A DNA stretch of 33,198 nucleotides from Actinomycetes bacterium (lineage in GTDB: Bacteria; Actinomycetota; Thermoleophilia; Gaiellales; Gaiellaceae). Of the stretch, positions 10,647-20,536 are shown in pieces. The stretch covers positions 1 through 33,198 of the forward strand of contig JAUXJK010000001.1 in the NCBI GenBank assembly GCA_030624785.1. Direction: 5' to 3'. Below the pieces are notes generated by a model. The model was not told where the DNA came from and did not search any database. It saw nothing but the letters and a program-made list of their open reading frames with translations. Positions within the stretch are counted from its first letter, which is position 1; every line of letters starts with the position of its first letter. The translations under genes were made by a program, and so were the position numbers.

Positions 10647-11442
10647 CGAGAAACACCTCGCGGTAGCGGCTGAAGAACGTGACCTCTGGCAGCACGGCCA
10701 GGTGAGCCCGTTGCGCACCGACGTCAACGGAGAGCTCCTCGTCTTCATCGAGCGAGCCGACAGCCTGTCCGTCGACAAGCACGGCCACCGGAACCCCCGG
10801 GGTCTGGTTCGATACCTCCAGTCGCAGACCTGAAGGCACCACGAGTGGCCTCGCATGGAGCGAGTGAGGCGCTACATAGGTGATGGCCATGGCATCGAGC
10901 CCTCGCATCATCACTGGGCCCCCGTTCGAGAGGTTGTAGGCCGTGGAGCCCGACGGAGTGCAGCAGATCATGCCGTCGCACGACGTCAAGCCAAGGTCCT
11001 CGTCCCCCAGCGTGGCCCTAAGGGCGATCATCCGGCCAGGCGTTGAGCTGGTCGCAACAACATCGTTGACGGCGGCATGACGCTTTCCACCGAGCGTCGC
11101 ATCGATTGTTGCGAGCTCAACCACCTTGAACTCGCCAGCAAGTGCACGCCCAATTGACGCATCGAGCTGACTACCGGGAATGCTGGTGAGGAAGCCGATC
11201 CGGCCGAAGTTGACGCCGAGTACGGGAATCTCGGTTCCCAGGAATCGATGGAGTGCGCGAAGCATCGTCCCGTCTCCTCCGAGGGCGATCGCGAGGTCGA
11301 CGCCAGAGTCGGAGCCCGGGTCGCCCGGTGCTTCCATCTCGACGAGGTCGATGTCCAAAGTCGCGGCTCGCTCCCGAAGACGTTCCAGCGGTTCCTCGAC
11401 GACGCTCGCCTGGCCGGATGCAACGACTCCGACTCGTCGCAC
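10630..11442 (-). CDS. nadK: NAD+ kinase
   Basis: Motifs GGDGTMLRA and GVNFGRIGFLTS. The ~100 Arg-rich N-terminal residues of the track ORF overlap tlyA. A GTG at 11442 (VRRVGVVASG...) gives 270 aa. An alternative TTG at 11472 overlaps the tlyA stop (TTGA). Confidence 0.88.
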   Translation of the reverse strand: MRRVGVVASGQASVVEEPLERLRERAATLDIDLVEMEAPGDPGSDSGVDLAIALGGDGTMLRALHRFLGTEIPVLGVNFGRIGFLTSIPGSQLDASIGRALAGEFKVVELATIDATLGGKRHAAVNDVVATSSTPGRMIALRATLGDEDLGLTSCDGMICCTPSGSTAYNLSNGGPVMMRGLDAMAITYVAPHSLHARPLVVPSGLRLEVSNQTPGVPVAVLVDGQAVGSLDEDEELSVDVGAQRAHLAVLPEVTFFSRYREVFLGAVSS

Positions 11443-11468
11443 GTCTCGACGACTTTCCGTATCGGCGC

Positions 11469-12239
11469 TCAACTGCCGACACACATCTCGATTGACTTGT
11501 GCACGTCGAGGCCGGATTGGGCTGACCCATTGGACAGAAGTAGGAAGAACTCTCGGTTGCCCTTCGCCCCTACGAGAGTTGAGACGTCGAGCCCAAGGAT
11601 GGTCCAGCCCTGATCCTCTACCCAGGCGCACGCGTCGCCGAGAACCCGTTGATGGATCGCTGGATCGCGAACAACCCCGCCCTTCCCGACGTCGGCGCGA
11701 CCGGCTTCGAACTGGGGTTTCACCAGAATCAGCGCTCGCCACCCAGCACGAGCGCAGCTCACGACGGGAGGAACGACAAGACGGAAACTGATGAACGACA
11801 CGTCACAGGTGATGAAATCTGGCGTCGCAGCGAGGAGGTCGCAATCGATTCTGCGCGCATTTGTACGCTCGAGCGTGTGCACCCGCGGGTCGTTTCTGAG
11901 ACCGGAGTCGAGCTGCCCATAGCCCACGTCGATTGCGGTCACCGAAGAGGCTCCACCCTGAAGCAGGCAGTCGGTGAAGCCACCCGTCGAAGCGCCGATG
12001 TCGACACACGTGAGCCCGTTGACGTCAAGTTCGAACGCCGCGAGGGCGCCGGCAAGTTTCTCGCCACCCCGCGAAACGTACGGAGCGACCTCGCTGACCT
12101 CGAGCAGCGCATCACATGCGACCTGACTGCCGGCCTTCGAGTAGCCCGGAACGCGGCCGGCGAGGACGAGCGCTTGCGCCTTTGCCCGTGACTCCGCGAG
12201 ACCACGCTCGACAAGTAGGACGTCGAGCCTCTTCTTCAC
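11469..12239 (-). CDS. tlyA: TlyA-family rRNA (cytidine-2'-O)-methyltransferase
   Basis: S4-like N-terminus KKRLDVLLVERGLAESRAKAQ. FtsJ SAM motif CVDIGASTGGFTD. Start set to GTG 12239, supported by TAATCT 7 nt upstream. 256 aa. Confidence 0.9.
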   Translation of the reverse strand: MKKRLDVLLVERGLAESRAKAQALVLAGRVPGYSKAGSQVACDALLEVSEVAPYVSRGGEKLAGALAAFELDVNGLTCVDIGASTGGFTDCLLQGGASSVTAIDVGYGQLDSGLRNDPRVHTLERTNARRIDCDLLAATPDFITCDVSFISFRLVVPPVVSCARAGWRALILVKPQFEAGRADVGKGGVVRDPAIHQRVLGDACAWVEDQGWTILGLDVSTLVGAKGNREFFLLLSNGSAQSGLDVHKSIEMCVGS

Positions 12240-12246
12240 GGCGCGA

Positions 12247-12252
12247 AGATTA
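12247..12252 (-). promoter_or_regulatory. Candidate -10 hexamer TAATCT, 7 nt upstream of the tlyA GTG
   Basis: The minus strand reads TAATCT-TCGCGCC-GTG. It lies in the gap after the ispA-like gene. Confidence 0.4.
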
Positions 12253-12373
12253 CCGGCCGCGGTTGGCGCAAGACCACTCGCGCACCTCTTTACACCGATT
12301 CTGCTTACCTCTCTGTGCAGGCTCGGCGCACATTCTTGACCGCCCGTGCTCTCGGCAAGCCACACTCGTGGCC

Positions 12374-13213
12374 TCAGGTTCGCCGCTCACGAATCGTCGC
12401 GACGATCTCGTAGAGGCTGCTGGTGTCAGCCGGTATCCCCGCGAGTTCCTTCTCAATCCGACTCCGCGCATCGTCAGCCAGCTGACGCGCGCGATCGATC
12501 CCATGCAGTGTGACGTAGGTGACCTTGCCGGCCGCCTCATCCTTGCCGGGAGTCTTGCCGAGCTGCTCGGCCGTTCCCGTCGCGTCGAGAACGTCATCGA
12601 CAATCTGAAACAGCAGCCCGAGTTCGGCCGCGAATGTCCGCCAGGGTCGCTGCTCATTCGGCGTTACGCCAGCTACGGCGAGCGCACAGCCGATCGGAGC
12701 CGCCAACAGCTTGCCTGTCTTCAATCGATGAAGCTCAACCAGCCCATCCGAATCGAGCTGAACCTCAGACGTGATGTCGATGTATTGCCCGCCGATCATT
12801 CCGAGAGACGCATCGGTGAGCTCACGAGCGACCTCTGGCGTTCCATACAACAAGGCGAGACGTAGTGCCTCCGCGAGCAGGGCGTCTCCTGCGAGGATCG
12901 CAACGGCCTCACCGTATTTCGCGTGGCAGCTTGGCTGCCCACGGCGGAGATCGTCATCGTCGAGCGCCGGAAGATCGTCGTGCACGAGCGAGAATGTATG
13001 AACGAGTTCGATGGAGCACGCAGCCGCGAGCATGTGGTCTACGTTGACCTCGAGCGCCTCTGCTGTCGCGAGCGCGAGGACTGGCCGAATGCGTTTGCCG
13101 CCGCCAAGAAGCGAATAGTGCACCGCCTCACGGAGCTGTCCAAGCTCCGACGTGAGCTCGAGTTCGTTCAGATATGTCTCGACGCGGAGCCGGAGCTCCT
13201 CAGGGCTGTGCAT
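12374..13213 (-). CDS. ispA: Polyprenyl diphosphate synthase (farnesyl/geranylgeranyl-PP synthase type)
   Basis: First Asp-rich motif DDLPALDDDDLRRG and second motif FQIVDDVLD. Also GGKRIRP. 279 aa. Sits immediately after xseB, as in many bacteria. Confidence 0.9.
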   Translation of the reverse strand: MHSPEELRLRVETYLNELELTSELGQLREAVHYSLLGGGKRIRPVLALATAEALEVNVDHMLAAACSIELVHTFSLVHDDLPALDDDDLRRGQPSCHAKYGEAVAILAGDALLAEALRLALLYGTPEVARELTDASLGMIGGQYIDITSEVQLDSDGLVELHRLKTGKLLAAPIGCALAVAGVTPNEQRPWRTFAAELGLLFQIVDDVLDATGTAEQLGKTPGKDEAAGKVTYVTLHGIDRARQLADDARSRIEKELAGIPADTSSLYEIVATIRERRT

Positions 13214-13397
13214 TCGCCCCAGAGCGCCGCGTCCGGTCGATCTCGCCCTGTACCTCTTTCGCGAGCTCCGAGAGGTCGCGAAGCACGTCGACAGCTTCTT
13301 CGCCGTCAGCCTCTTCGAGCCTAGCTCTCGTCACCTCGAGCTTGTCAAGAAGCTCGCGCACGCGCTCCACCGCTTCGACCTCTGCGTCCACGAGCAA
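13200..13397 (-). CDS. xseB: Exodeoxyribonuclease VII small subunit
   Basis: ~65-aa acidic helical protein (VERVRELLDKLE...LEEA...LSELAKEV) in the conserved xseB-ispA position. The track start is a TTG at 13397. GTG 13391 preceded by TAAGG is an equally good start. Confidence 0.75.
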   Translation of the reverse strand: MLVDAEVEAVERVRELLDKLEVTRARLEEADGEEAVDVLRDLSELAKEVQGEIDRTRRSGANAQP

Positions 13398-13400
13398 ACC

Positions 13401-13784
13401 TTATCGCGTGTCTGGGATGTCCTGGATGATTCGCCCGAGGATTCCGTTCACGAGCCTCGCTGCCTCCTGGGAGGCGAACCTTTTCGACAGCGCGACAGCC
13501 TCGTTGATGGCTACCTCCCGGGGCACCTGATTTTGGTCGAGCTCGACGATCGCCATTCGGAGCGAGGCACGTTCAACGACGCCTAGCCGATCGGCCGGCC
13601 AGTCGCTCGAGGCTTCGGTGATTCGCTCATCCAGCGCCTCGGCTCGCTCGATCTCGGTGGTGGCGAGTTCCCGCGCGAACGGATCTATCTCACCCTCGAA
13701 GAGTGACGCGAGTGGCTGTTGTGTGAGATCCCACTGATAGAGAAGCGTGAGCGCCGTTCTACGCGCTTCCTTGCGAGAGCTCAC
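13401..13784 (-). CDS. nusB: Transcription antitermination factor NusB
   Basis: The SRKEARRTALTLLYQWD start region and the C-terminal INEAVALSKRF..ARLVNGILG match NusB. GTG 13784 forms a GTGA overlap with the accC stop. The track start at 13829 would overlap accC by 49 nt. Confidence 0.88.
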   Translation of the reverse strand: MSSRKEARRTALTLLYQWDLTQQPLASLFEGEIDPFARELATTEIERAEALDERITEASSDWPADRLGVVERASLRMAIVELDQNQVPREVAINEAVALSKRFASQEAARLVNGILGRIIQDIPDTR

Positions 13785-15145
13785 GACTGAGCGAGTGCTG
13801 GCAACTCGGATACGACGTCTTCGAGCCACGTCGTCGTGTACTCGCCCTCCCGAAAGGAAGGATGGTTGAGGATGTCGATCGCTAGTCCGGCCGTGGTAGG
13901 AACTCCCTCGATACGAAGCTCCCGAAGAGCACGGATCGCGCGCGCAGTTGCTCTGGGACGATCCTCAGCCCACACGATGATCTTCGCAAGGAGCGAGTCG
14001 TAGTAGGGCGGAACCGAATAGCCCTCGTAGATGTGGGTATCGACCCTGACTCCTGGCCCAAGCGGCGGCACGAATCGCGTGATGAGACCCGGAGCCGGCA
14101 TGAAGTCGTTTGCCGGATCCTCTGCGTTGATCCGCACTTCGATCGCGTGACCGCGAGCTCGGAGGGGCTCCGAGCGGACGTCCGAAATCGATGCGCCCCC
14201 TGCTATCGCGATCTGGGCCTGCACGAGGTCGAATCCTGCTACGAGCTCGGTGACTGGATGCTCAACCTGGAGCCGCGTGTTCATCTCGATGAAGTAGAAA
14301 TCACCATCCGCGACGAGAAACTCAAGCGTTCCAGCGCCCTGATAGCCAATCGCGCGACATGCCCTCTCGGCCGTCTCGGTCATGTCTCTTCGCAGAGCGT
14401 CGGAAACCGCCGGCGACGGTGCCTCCTCAATCAACTTCTGATGTCGGCGTTGAATCGAACACTCTCGTTCCCCGACGATCAAGACACCGCCAACACCGTC
14501 GCAGAGGACCTGCACCTCGACATGGCGAGCGTTGGTCAGGGCCTTCTCGACGTAGAGAGCATCGTTGCCGAACGCAGCCTGCGCTTCGGCCGAAGCGGTC
14601 TCGAACGCGGCGGCGAGTCCGTCCGCATCTTCCACGAGACGCATTCCCTTGCCACCGCCTCCAGCAGATGCCTTTAGAAGCACGGGAAATCCGACTTCTC
14701 GCGCTTGCTCGTTGGCCTGAGCGAGGTCAACCTGTCCGGCCGAGCCAGGCACGCCGGATACGTCCGCCTTGGTCATAGCGATGCGCGCGCTCACCTTGTC
14801 GCCCATGAGGTCGATTGTCTCCGGACGCGGGCCAATGAAGCTGAGATCATTGTCTTCGCATGCACGGGCGAACTCGCTGTTCTCGGCGAGAAAGCCCCAA
14901 CCAGGATGGACGGCATCGCAGCCGGTCGTCGTGGCTGCCGCAATCAGGGACGGGATGTCGAGGTAGCTCTCGGCGGCATGCGGTGGGCCGATACACACGG
15001 CTCTTTCGGCAAGTGCAACGTGTCCGCTCGTCTCATCCGCCGTGGAGTAGACGGCGACAGCCTCGATCCCCAGCTCTTGACATGCTCGAAGGACGCGTAC
15101 CGCGACCTCGCCGCGATTCGCGACGAGCACTCTCTTGATGCTCAC
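13781..15145 (-). CDS. accC: Biotin carboxylase (acetyl-CoA carboxylase subunit type)
   Basis: N-terminus IKRVLVANRGEVAVRVLRAC. ATP-grasp motif GGGGKGMR. Also MNTRLQVEHPVTE. 454 aa. The GTG start overlaps the upstream stop (GTGA). Confidence 0.95.
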   Translation of the reverse strand: MSIKRVLVANRGEVAVRVLRACQELGIEAVAVYSTADETSGHVALAERAVCIGPPHAAESYLDIPSLIAAATTTGCDAVHPGWGFLAENSEFARACEDNDLSFIGPRPETIDLMGDKVSARIAMTKADVSGVPGSAGQVDLAQANEQAREVGFPVLLKASAGGGGKGMRLVEDADGLAAAFETASAEAQAAFGNDALYVEKALTNARHVEVQVLCDGVGGVLIVGERECSIQRRHQKLIEEAPSPAVSDALRRDMTETAERACRAIGYQGAGTLEFLVADGDFYFIEMNTRLQVEHPVTELVAGFDLVQAQIAIAGGASISDVRSEPLRARGHAIEVRINAEDPANDFMPAPGLITRFVPPLGPGVRVDTHIYEGYSVPPYYDSLLAKIIVWAEDRPRATARAIRALRELRIEGVPTTAGLAIDILNHPSFREGEYTTTWLEDVVSELPALAQS

Positions 15146-16938
15146 GTGACGGCGTCGGGCGGTCGCTCGCCCAGCAACTCCAGCTCAAAGAGTGGCTGTC
15201 CGTACTCGACTGCTTCGGCGTTCTCTACGCAGATCTTTCGAACGACAACGTCGTTTTCAGCCTTGACCTCGTTCATCAGCTTCATCGCCTCGAGAATGCA
15301 GAGCGTCTGGCCTGCAGCAACCGTGTCTCCGACCTCGACGAACGGTGGCGCGTCGGGTTGAGGAGCGCTATAGAAGGTTCCCACCATCGGCGAATCCAGT
15401 ATCGAGAGATCAGCGTTCGATAGGTCGCCATTGGTCGTCGATGACGGTGCCGTTGCGGCGACCTGGTCAGGAGGCCCGACGTCGCGTCGTCGTACGGTGA
15501 CCTTGAAATCTTCCTCCTCGACAGTCACCTCATCGATGTCGGAGCTTTCAACGATCTCGATCAACTCGCGAATTCGGGAAGCGGTGCCACGCTCAACGCC
15601 CTGAGCCTCGAGTGGAACAGAGGCGGCTCCTCGTTGCCGCATCGACGAGAGCAGCGGGCGCGCGCGATCTCCGAACAACGCAAGTAGCAGCACATCTTCG
15701 TCGCTGGAAGCGATGCCATCGCTGATTGCTCGCACCTCCTCCAACGTTGCAGCGGGGGGCGGGCTTCCACCGGCTCCGCGGAGATCGATGGTGCGAAGAA
15801 CGGCGGGATCAACGGCACGTGGCAAACTCCCGAACTCGCCCTGGACGAGGCCCGGAAAGTCATCGACGATCACCGCCCATCGCTGCGACGAGAGGACGTT
15901 CACAAGCGCCTGCGAACCCAGAATCTCGCCGATCGGGGCCACGAGCGGCGGTGCGCCGGCGAGCACTCGGACTTCGTCCAATTCGATGAGGACATCGTCG
16001 AGGCGCTCCGATAGGCCTTGCTGGGCAAGGGCAGCGACAATCTGCTCGACGAGCCAGGTCGGGACCTTGCGGCGAGCCGCCTTGGCAGCAACGCTCGGTG
16101 CAAGCGACGTCGCCTCGACGTCGTCGAGCGAATCGCCGATCAGCGCGACGGCTTTCCAGAGGAGCTCTGTGTCGACGGAGGTTGGAAGATCGAGACCAGC
16201 CATCGTGTCGGCAAGGATCTCGGCTGAGGGCCTGTAGAGCGAGAGCGCGATCGGGTAGAGCGCGGCTCCAATCGGCGCGCTCTCGCCGCGCGCTACCTCG
16301 ACTGCAGCTGCGAGAGCGCGGCCAGCCGCGCCGTGCGCCGACAGGCCGACATCAAGACCGGAGGTCTCGCGGATGCGCTCTACCAGACCGCGCGCATGGT
16401 GCGCGTCCAGAGCACCGGCGGGGTCGTCGATGACGACGCTCGTGGCGTGGAGCTCCGGCATCCGTTCCACCAGGTCGACAAGGTGCTGCCCGTCATCGTC
16501 CTCGATCGCGTTGTAGATCAGGCCGACCGACAACCGCTTGCCCGATTCGCGAATCGCATCAGCGGCGTCGGTCAAGTTGGAAAGATCATTGAGTGGATCG
16601 TGGATACGAAATATGTCGATCCCATTCGCGGCCGCCGTGGCCACAAAGTTGTGGGTGACCTCTCGCGACGCGGGTCTTGAGCCGACAAGAAACCGCCCGC
16701 GCAGTGCCATGGCGAGTGGCGACTTGCAACGCGTTCGTAGGGCACGAACTATCTCCCACGGGCTCTCGACGCCGCGCTGCACGAAGCTCGCGAAACAGCC
16801 ACCGCCAGATATCTCCAGTGCCGCGAAGCCCGCTCTGTCGAGCAACTCGGCGACCTCGAGGACACGGGCAGTAGAAAGCCGTCCCGCGAGTGGCTCCTGG
16901 GTCAGGAGACGAATCGAAGTGTCAACAATGCTCGGCAT
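15142..16938 (-). CDS. Fusion protein: PycB/OadA/5S-like carboxyltransferase domain (apparently degenerate metal site) plus AccB-type biotin carboxyl carrier protein
   Basis: The N-terminal ~450 aa align by eye to the HMGL-like/PYC_OADA fold (GIDIFRIHDPLND, PWEIVRALR). The C-terminal ~150 aa form a complete AccB module: IRELIEIVESSDIDEVTVEEEDFKVTVRR ... SPMVGTFYSAPQPDAPPFVEVGD..GQTLCILEAMKLMNEV. ATG 16938 (MPSIVDTS) is preferred. TTG 16959 would overlap the efp stop. Confidence 0.85.
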   Translation of the reverse strand: MPSIVDTSIRLLTQEPLAGRLSTARVLEVAELLDRAGFAALEISGGGCFASFVQRGVESPWEIVRALRTRCKSPLAMALRGRFLVGSRPASREVTHNFVATAAANGIDIFRIHDPLNDLSNLTDAADAIRESGKRLSVGLIYNAIEDDDGQHLVDLVERMPELHATSVVIDDPAGALDAHHARGLVERIRETSGLDVGLSAHGAAGRALAAAVEVARGESAPIGAALYPIALSLYRPSAEILADTMAGLDLPTSVDTELLWKAVALIGDSLDDVEATSLAPSVAAKAARRKVPTWLVEQIVAALAQQGLSERLDDVLIELDEVRVLAGAPPLVAPIGEILGSQALVNVLSSQRWAVIVDDFPGLVQGEFGSLPRAVDPAVLRTIDLRGAGGSPPPAATLEEVRAISDGIASSDEDVLLLALFGDRARPLLSSMRQRGAASVPLEAQGVERGTASRIRELIEIVESSDIDEVTVEEEDFKVTVRRRDVGPPDQVAATAPSSTTNGDLSNADLSILDSPMVGTFYSAPQPDAPPFVEVGDTVAAGQTLCILEAMKLMNEVKAENDVVVRKICVENAEAVEYGQPLFELELLGERPPDAVT

Positions 16939-16955
16939 CCGCTGATCGGGCCGGG

Positions 16956-17522
16956 TCAAACCCGTGAGATGTAGCGACGCTCCCGCGTATCGACCTTGAT
17001 CCGGTCGCCTTCATTGACGAACAGCGGAACCTGGACGACCGCGCCGGTCTCAAGTGTTGCGGGTTTCGTTACATTCGACACGGTATCGCCCTTGACTCCG
17101 GGCTCCGTCTCGGCTACCGCGAGCTCTACCGTCGTCGGTGCTTGAACGCCGGCGGGTCGACCGTCTACGGTCAGCATCTGGGCTGTCGCTGAGGGCAACA
17201 AGAAATCGAGTTCGTCTTCAACCTCGGCTCGAGCAAACGTCACCTGTTCAAAGGTTTCCTCGTCCATGAACACAACCTCGTCGACCTGGTCGTAGAGATA
17301 CTGGACGTTCTTTGTTTCCGTGTGTATCCGTGGCATCTTCTCGCCGGCACGAAACGTGCGATCAACGACCGCTCCGGTCTTGATATTGCGCACCTTGGTA
17401 CGCACAAACGCGCCGCCTTTACCGGGCTTCACGTGTTGGAAGTCGAGGATTCGCCACACCTGAGCGTCGAGCTCGATATGCATCCCGTTCTTGAACTGGC
17501 TCGTTGTGATCGTCTCGGCCAC
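16956..17522 (-). CDS. efp: Elongation factor P
   Basis: Motifs FKNGMHIELD and HVKPGKGGAFVRTKVRN (conserved Lys loop). 188 aa. GTG start. Confidence 0.97.
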   Translation of the reverse strand: MAETITTSQFKNGMHIELDAQVWRILDFQHVKPGKGGAFVRTKVRNIKTGAVVDRTFRAGEKMPRIHTETKNVQYLYDQVDEVVFMDEETFEQVTFARAEVEDELDFLLPSATAQMLTVDGRPAGVQAPTTVELAVAETEPGVKGDTVSNVTKPATLETGAVVQVPLFVNEGDRIKVDTRERRYISRV

Positions 17523-17529
17523 GCGTGGA

Positions 17530-17535
17530 ATGTTA
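17530..17535 (-). promoter_or_regulatory. Candidate -10 hexamer TAACAT, 7 nt upstream of the efp GTG
   Basis: The minus strand reads TAACAT-TCCACGC-GTG. No Shine-Dalgarno sequence. Confidence 0.4.
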
Positions 17536-17578
17536 CTCAGGCTCGAGGCCGGAGTGAGGCGCGACGATTCGGAGCGAG

Positions 17579-18637
17579 CTAAGAAACTTGAACGAGATCC
17601 TTCGTGACGGGTGTGAGAACGTCACCACCGTCCACCGTCACGGCGACCATATCTTCGATCCGTATACCTCCCAGATCGCGGAGGTAGACCCCGGGCTCAA
17701 TCGTGACGACATGCCCACTCTTGAGAACCGTGCTCGCCGTTCGAGCCAGGCGCGGTTCCTCGTGAATCTCCAAGCCAACGCCGTGCCCAAGGCTATGGTC
17801 GACGCTATAGCCGTGTGAGACCAGGGCTTCCCGGTGCTCCTCATCGAGTGTCTTCGTATCGACACCCGCCTCGACAGCGGCCACAGCGCGTTCCTGAATC
17901 GCGAGGCAGACGGCATACGCCTCCAGAAGCTCGTGCGGCAACTCGCCCGTCGCGTAGATACGCGTGCAGTCCGAGCAGTATCCGTCCACAATGCAGCCAG
18001 CGTCGATCAGCAGCACCTCGTCCGGTGCAATCGTGCGATCGCTCGGTGCGTGATGCGGTCTTGCTGAGTTTGCTCCGCTCGCAACGATCGCGGGAAATGA
18101 GAGCGACTCGGCGCCGCCATCTTCACGCATCGTTCGCTCGAGCAGCCACGCCAACTCACGCTCGGTGCGCCCGACCGGTTTCATCTGCGGCACCCGCTCG
18201 AGCGCCGCTGAGAGAACCGACGCCGCAGCTCTGATCGACGTGAGCTCGTCGGCGTCTTTGACCGCGCGAATCGCTTCGAGCACGCCTGCTGCCGGAACGA
18301 GCTCGAGGCCGCTCTTGGAGAGACTCTCGTGCTCTGCAACAGACATGCGTCCTGCTTCAAACGCCACGGGACCCGCCGTGTATTCGCTCAGTACGCGCCC
18401 CAACTCGCCGAGCAGATTGCGCTCGAGGATGACGGACTCGACACCGTCGACATTGCTAACCGCCTCGGCGTATCGGCCGTCTGTGAAGAGGTGAATGGAA
18501 CCTTCGCTCACGAGCGCCGCTGCACTCGAGGAGGAGAATCCGCTCAGGTACTCGACATTGGTCGAAGCCGTCACGAGAAAGGCCGCCGCCGGTTCGGGTT
18601 CGAGCCAGGCTCGCAGCTCGCCTACTCGCTCGTTCAT
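17579..18637 (-). CDS. pepP: M24-family Xaa-Pro aminopeptidase/dipeptidase
   Basis: Metal-ligand regions LIDAGCIVDGYCSDCTR, HGVGLEIHE and VVTIEPGVY. 352 aa. The ATG overlaps the aroQ stop (ATGA). Confidence 0.9.
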   Translation of the reverse strand: MNERVGELRAWLEPEPAAAFLVTASTNVEYLSGFSSSSAAALVSEGSIHLFTDGRYAEAVSNVDGVESVILERNLLGELGRVLSEYTAGPVAFEAGRMSVAEHESLSKSGLELVPAAGVLEAIRAVKDADELTSIRAAASVLSAALERVPQMKPVGRTERELAWLLERTMREDGGAESLSFPAIVASGANSARPHHAPSDRTIAPDEVLLIDAGCIVDGYCSDCTRIYATGELPHELLEAYAVCLAIQERAVAAVEAGVDTKTLDEEHREALVSHGYSVDHSLGHGVGLEIHEEPRLARTASTVLKSGHVVTIEPGVYLRDLGGIRIEDMVAVTVDGGDVLTPVTKDLVQVS

Positions 18638-19062
18638 TCAGTGCCCGTGAGAATGCTCAGCGCCCGTCGATAGCCGTCCGGCCCCTCCCCCATCACGCGA
18701 TGCGAGGCAACAGCTTCGATGACCGAGTGACGGCGCCATTCCTCGCGTCTGGTGATGTCAGAAAGATGAACCTCGACGATTGGCACGTCGAATAGTTCAA
18801 GCGCATCGTGAATCGCGTAGCTGTAGTGCGTCCATGCGCCCGGGTTGATCACGATTCCCTCGGCCCACGACCGCGCCTCATGAAGGTTTTCAACGAGCTC
18901 ACCTTCGTGATTCGTCTGCTTACAGCGGGCTGAACATCCAAGCTCGGCCGCCCAGGCGTAGATGCGCGTCTCGAGTTCGCCATAGGAGATTCCGCCGTAG
19001 ATCTCCGGATTTCGCTTACCCAACATGTCAAGGTTGACTCCGTTGAACACTCCTATCTGCAT
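18634..19062 (-). CDS. aroQ: Type II 3-dehydroquinate dehydratase
   Basis: Motifs NGVNLDMLGKRNPEIYG, CKQTNHEGELV and INPGAWTHYS. 142 aa. Confidence 0.95.
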   Translation of the reverse strand: MQIGVFNGVNLDMLGKRNPEIYGGISYGELETRIYAWAAELGCSARCKQTNHEGELVENLHEARSWAEGIVINPGAWTHYSYAIHDALELFDVPIVEVHLSDITRREEWRRHSVIEAVASHRVMGEGPDGYRRALSILTGTE

Positions 19063-19068
19063 CTCTGC

Positions 19069-19074
19069 AGTCTA
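19069..19074 (-). promoter_or_regulatory. Candidate -10 hexamer TAGACT, 6 nt upstream of the aroQ ATG
   Basis: The minus strand reads CTAGACT-GCAGAG-ATG, within the 21-nt aroK/B-aroQ spacer. Confidence 0.35.
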
Positions 19075-19083
19075 GGCGCGTTG

Positions 19084-20526
<1,443 letters not shown>

Positions 20527-20536
20527 GCGCGAATGG

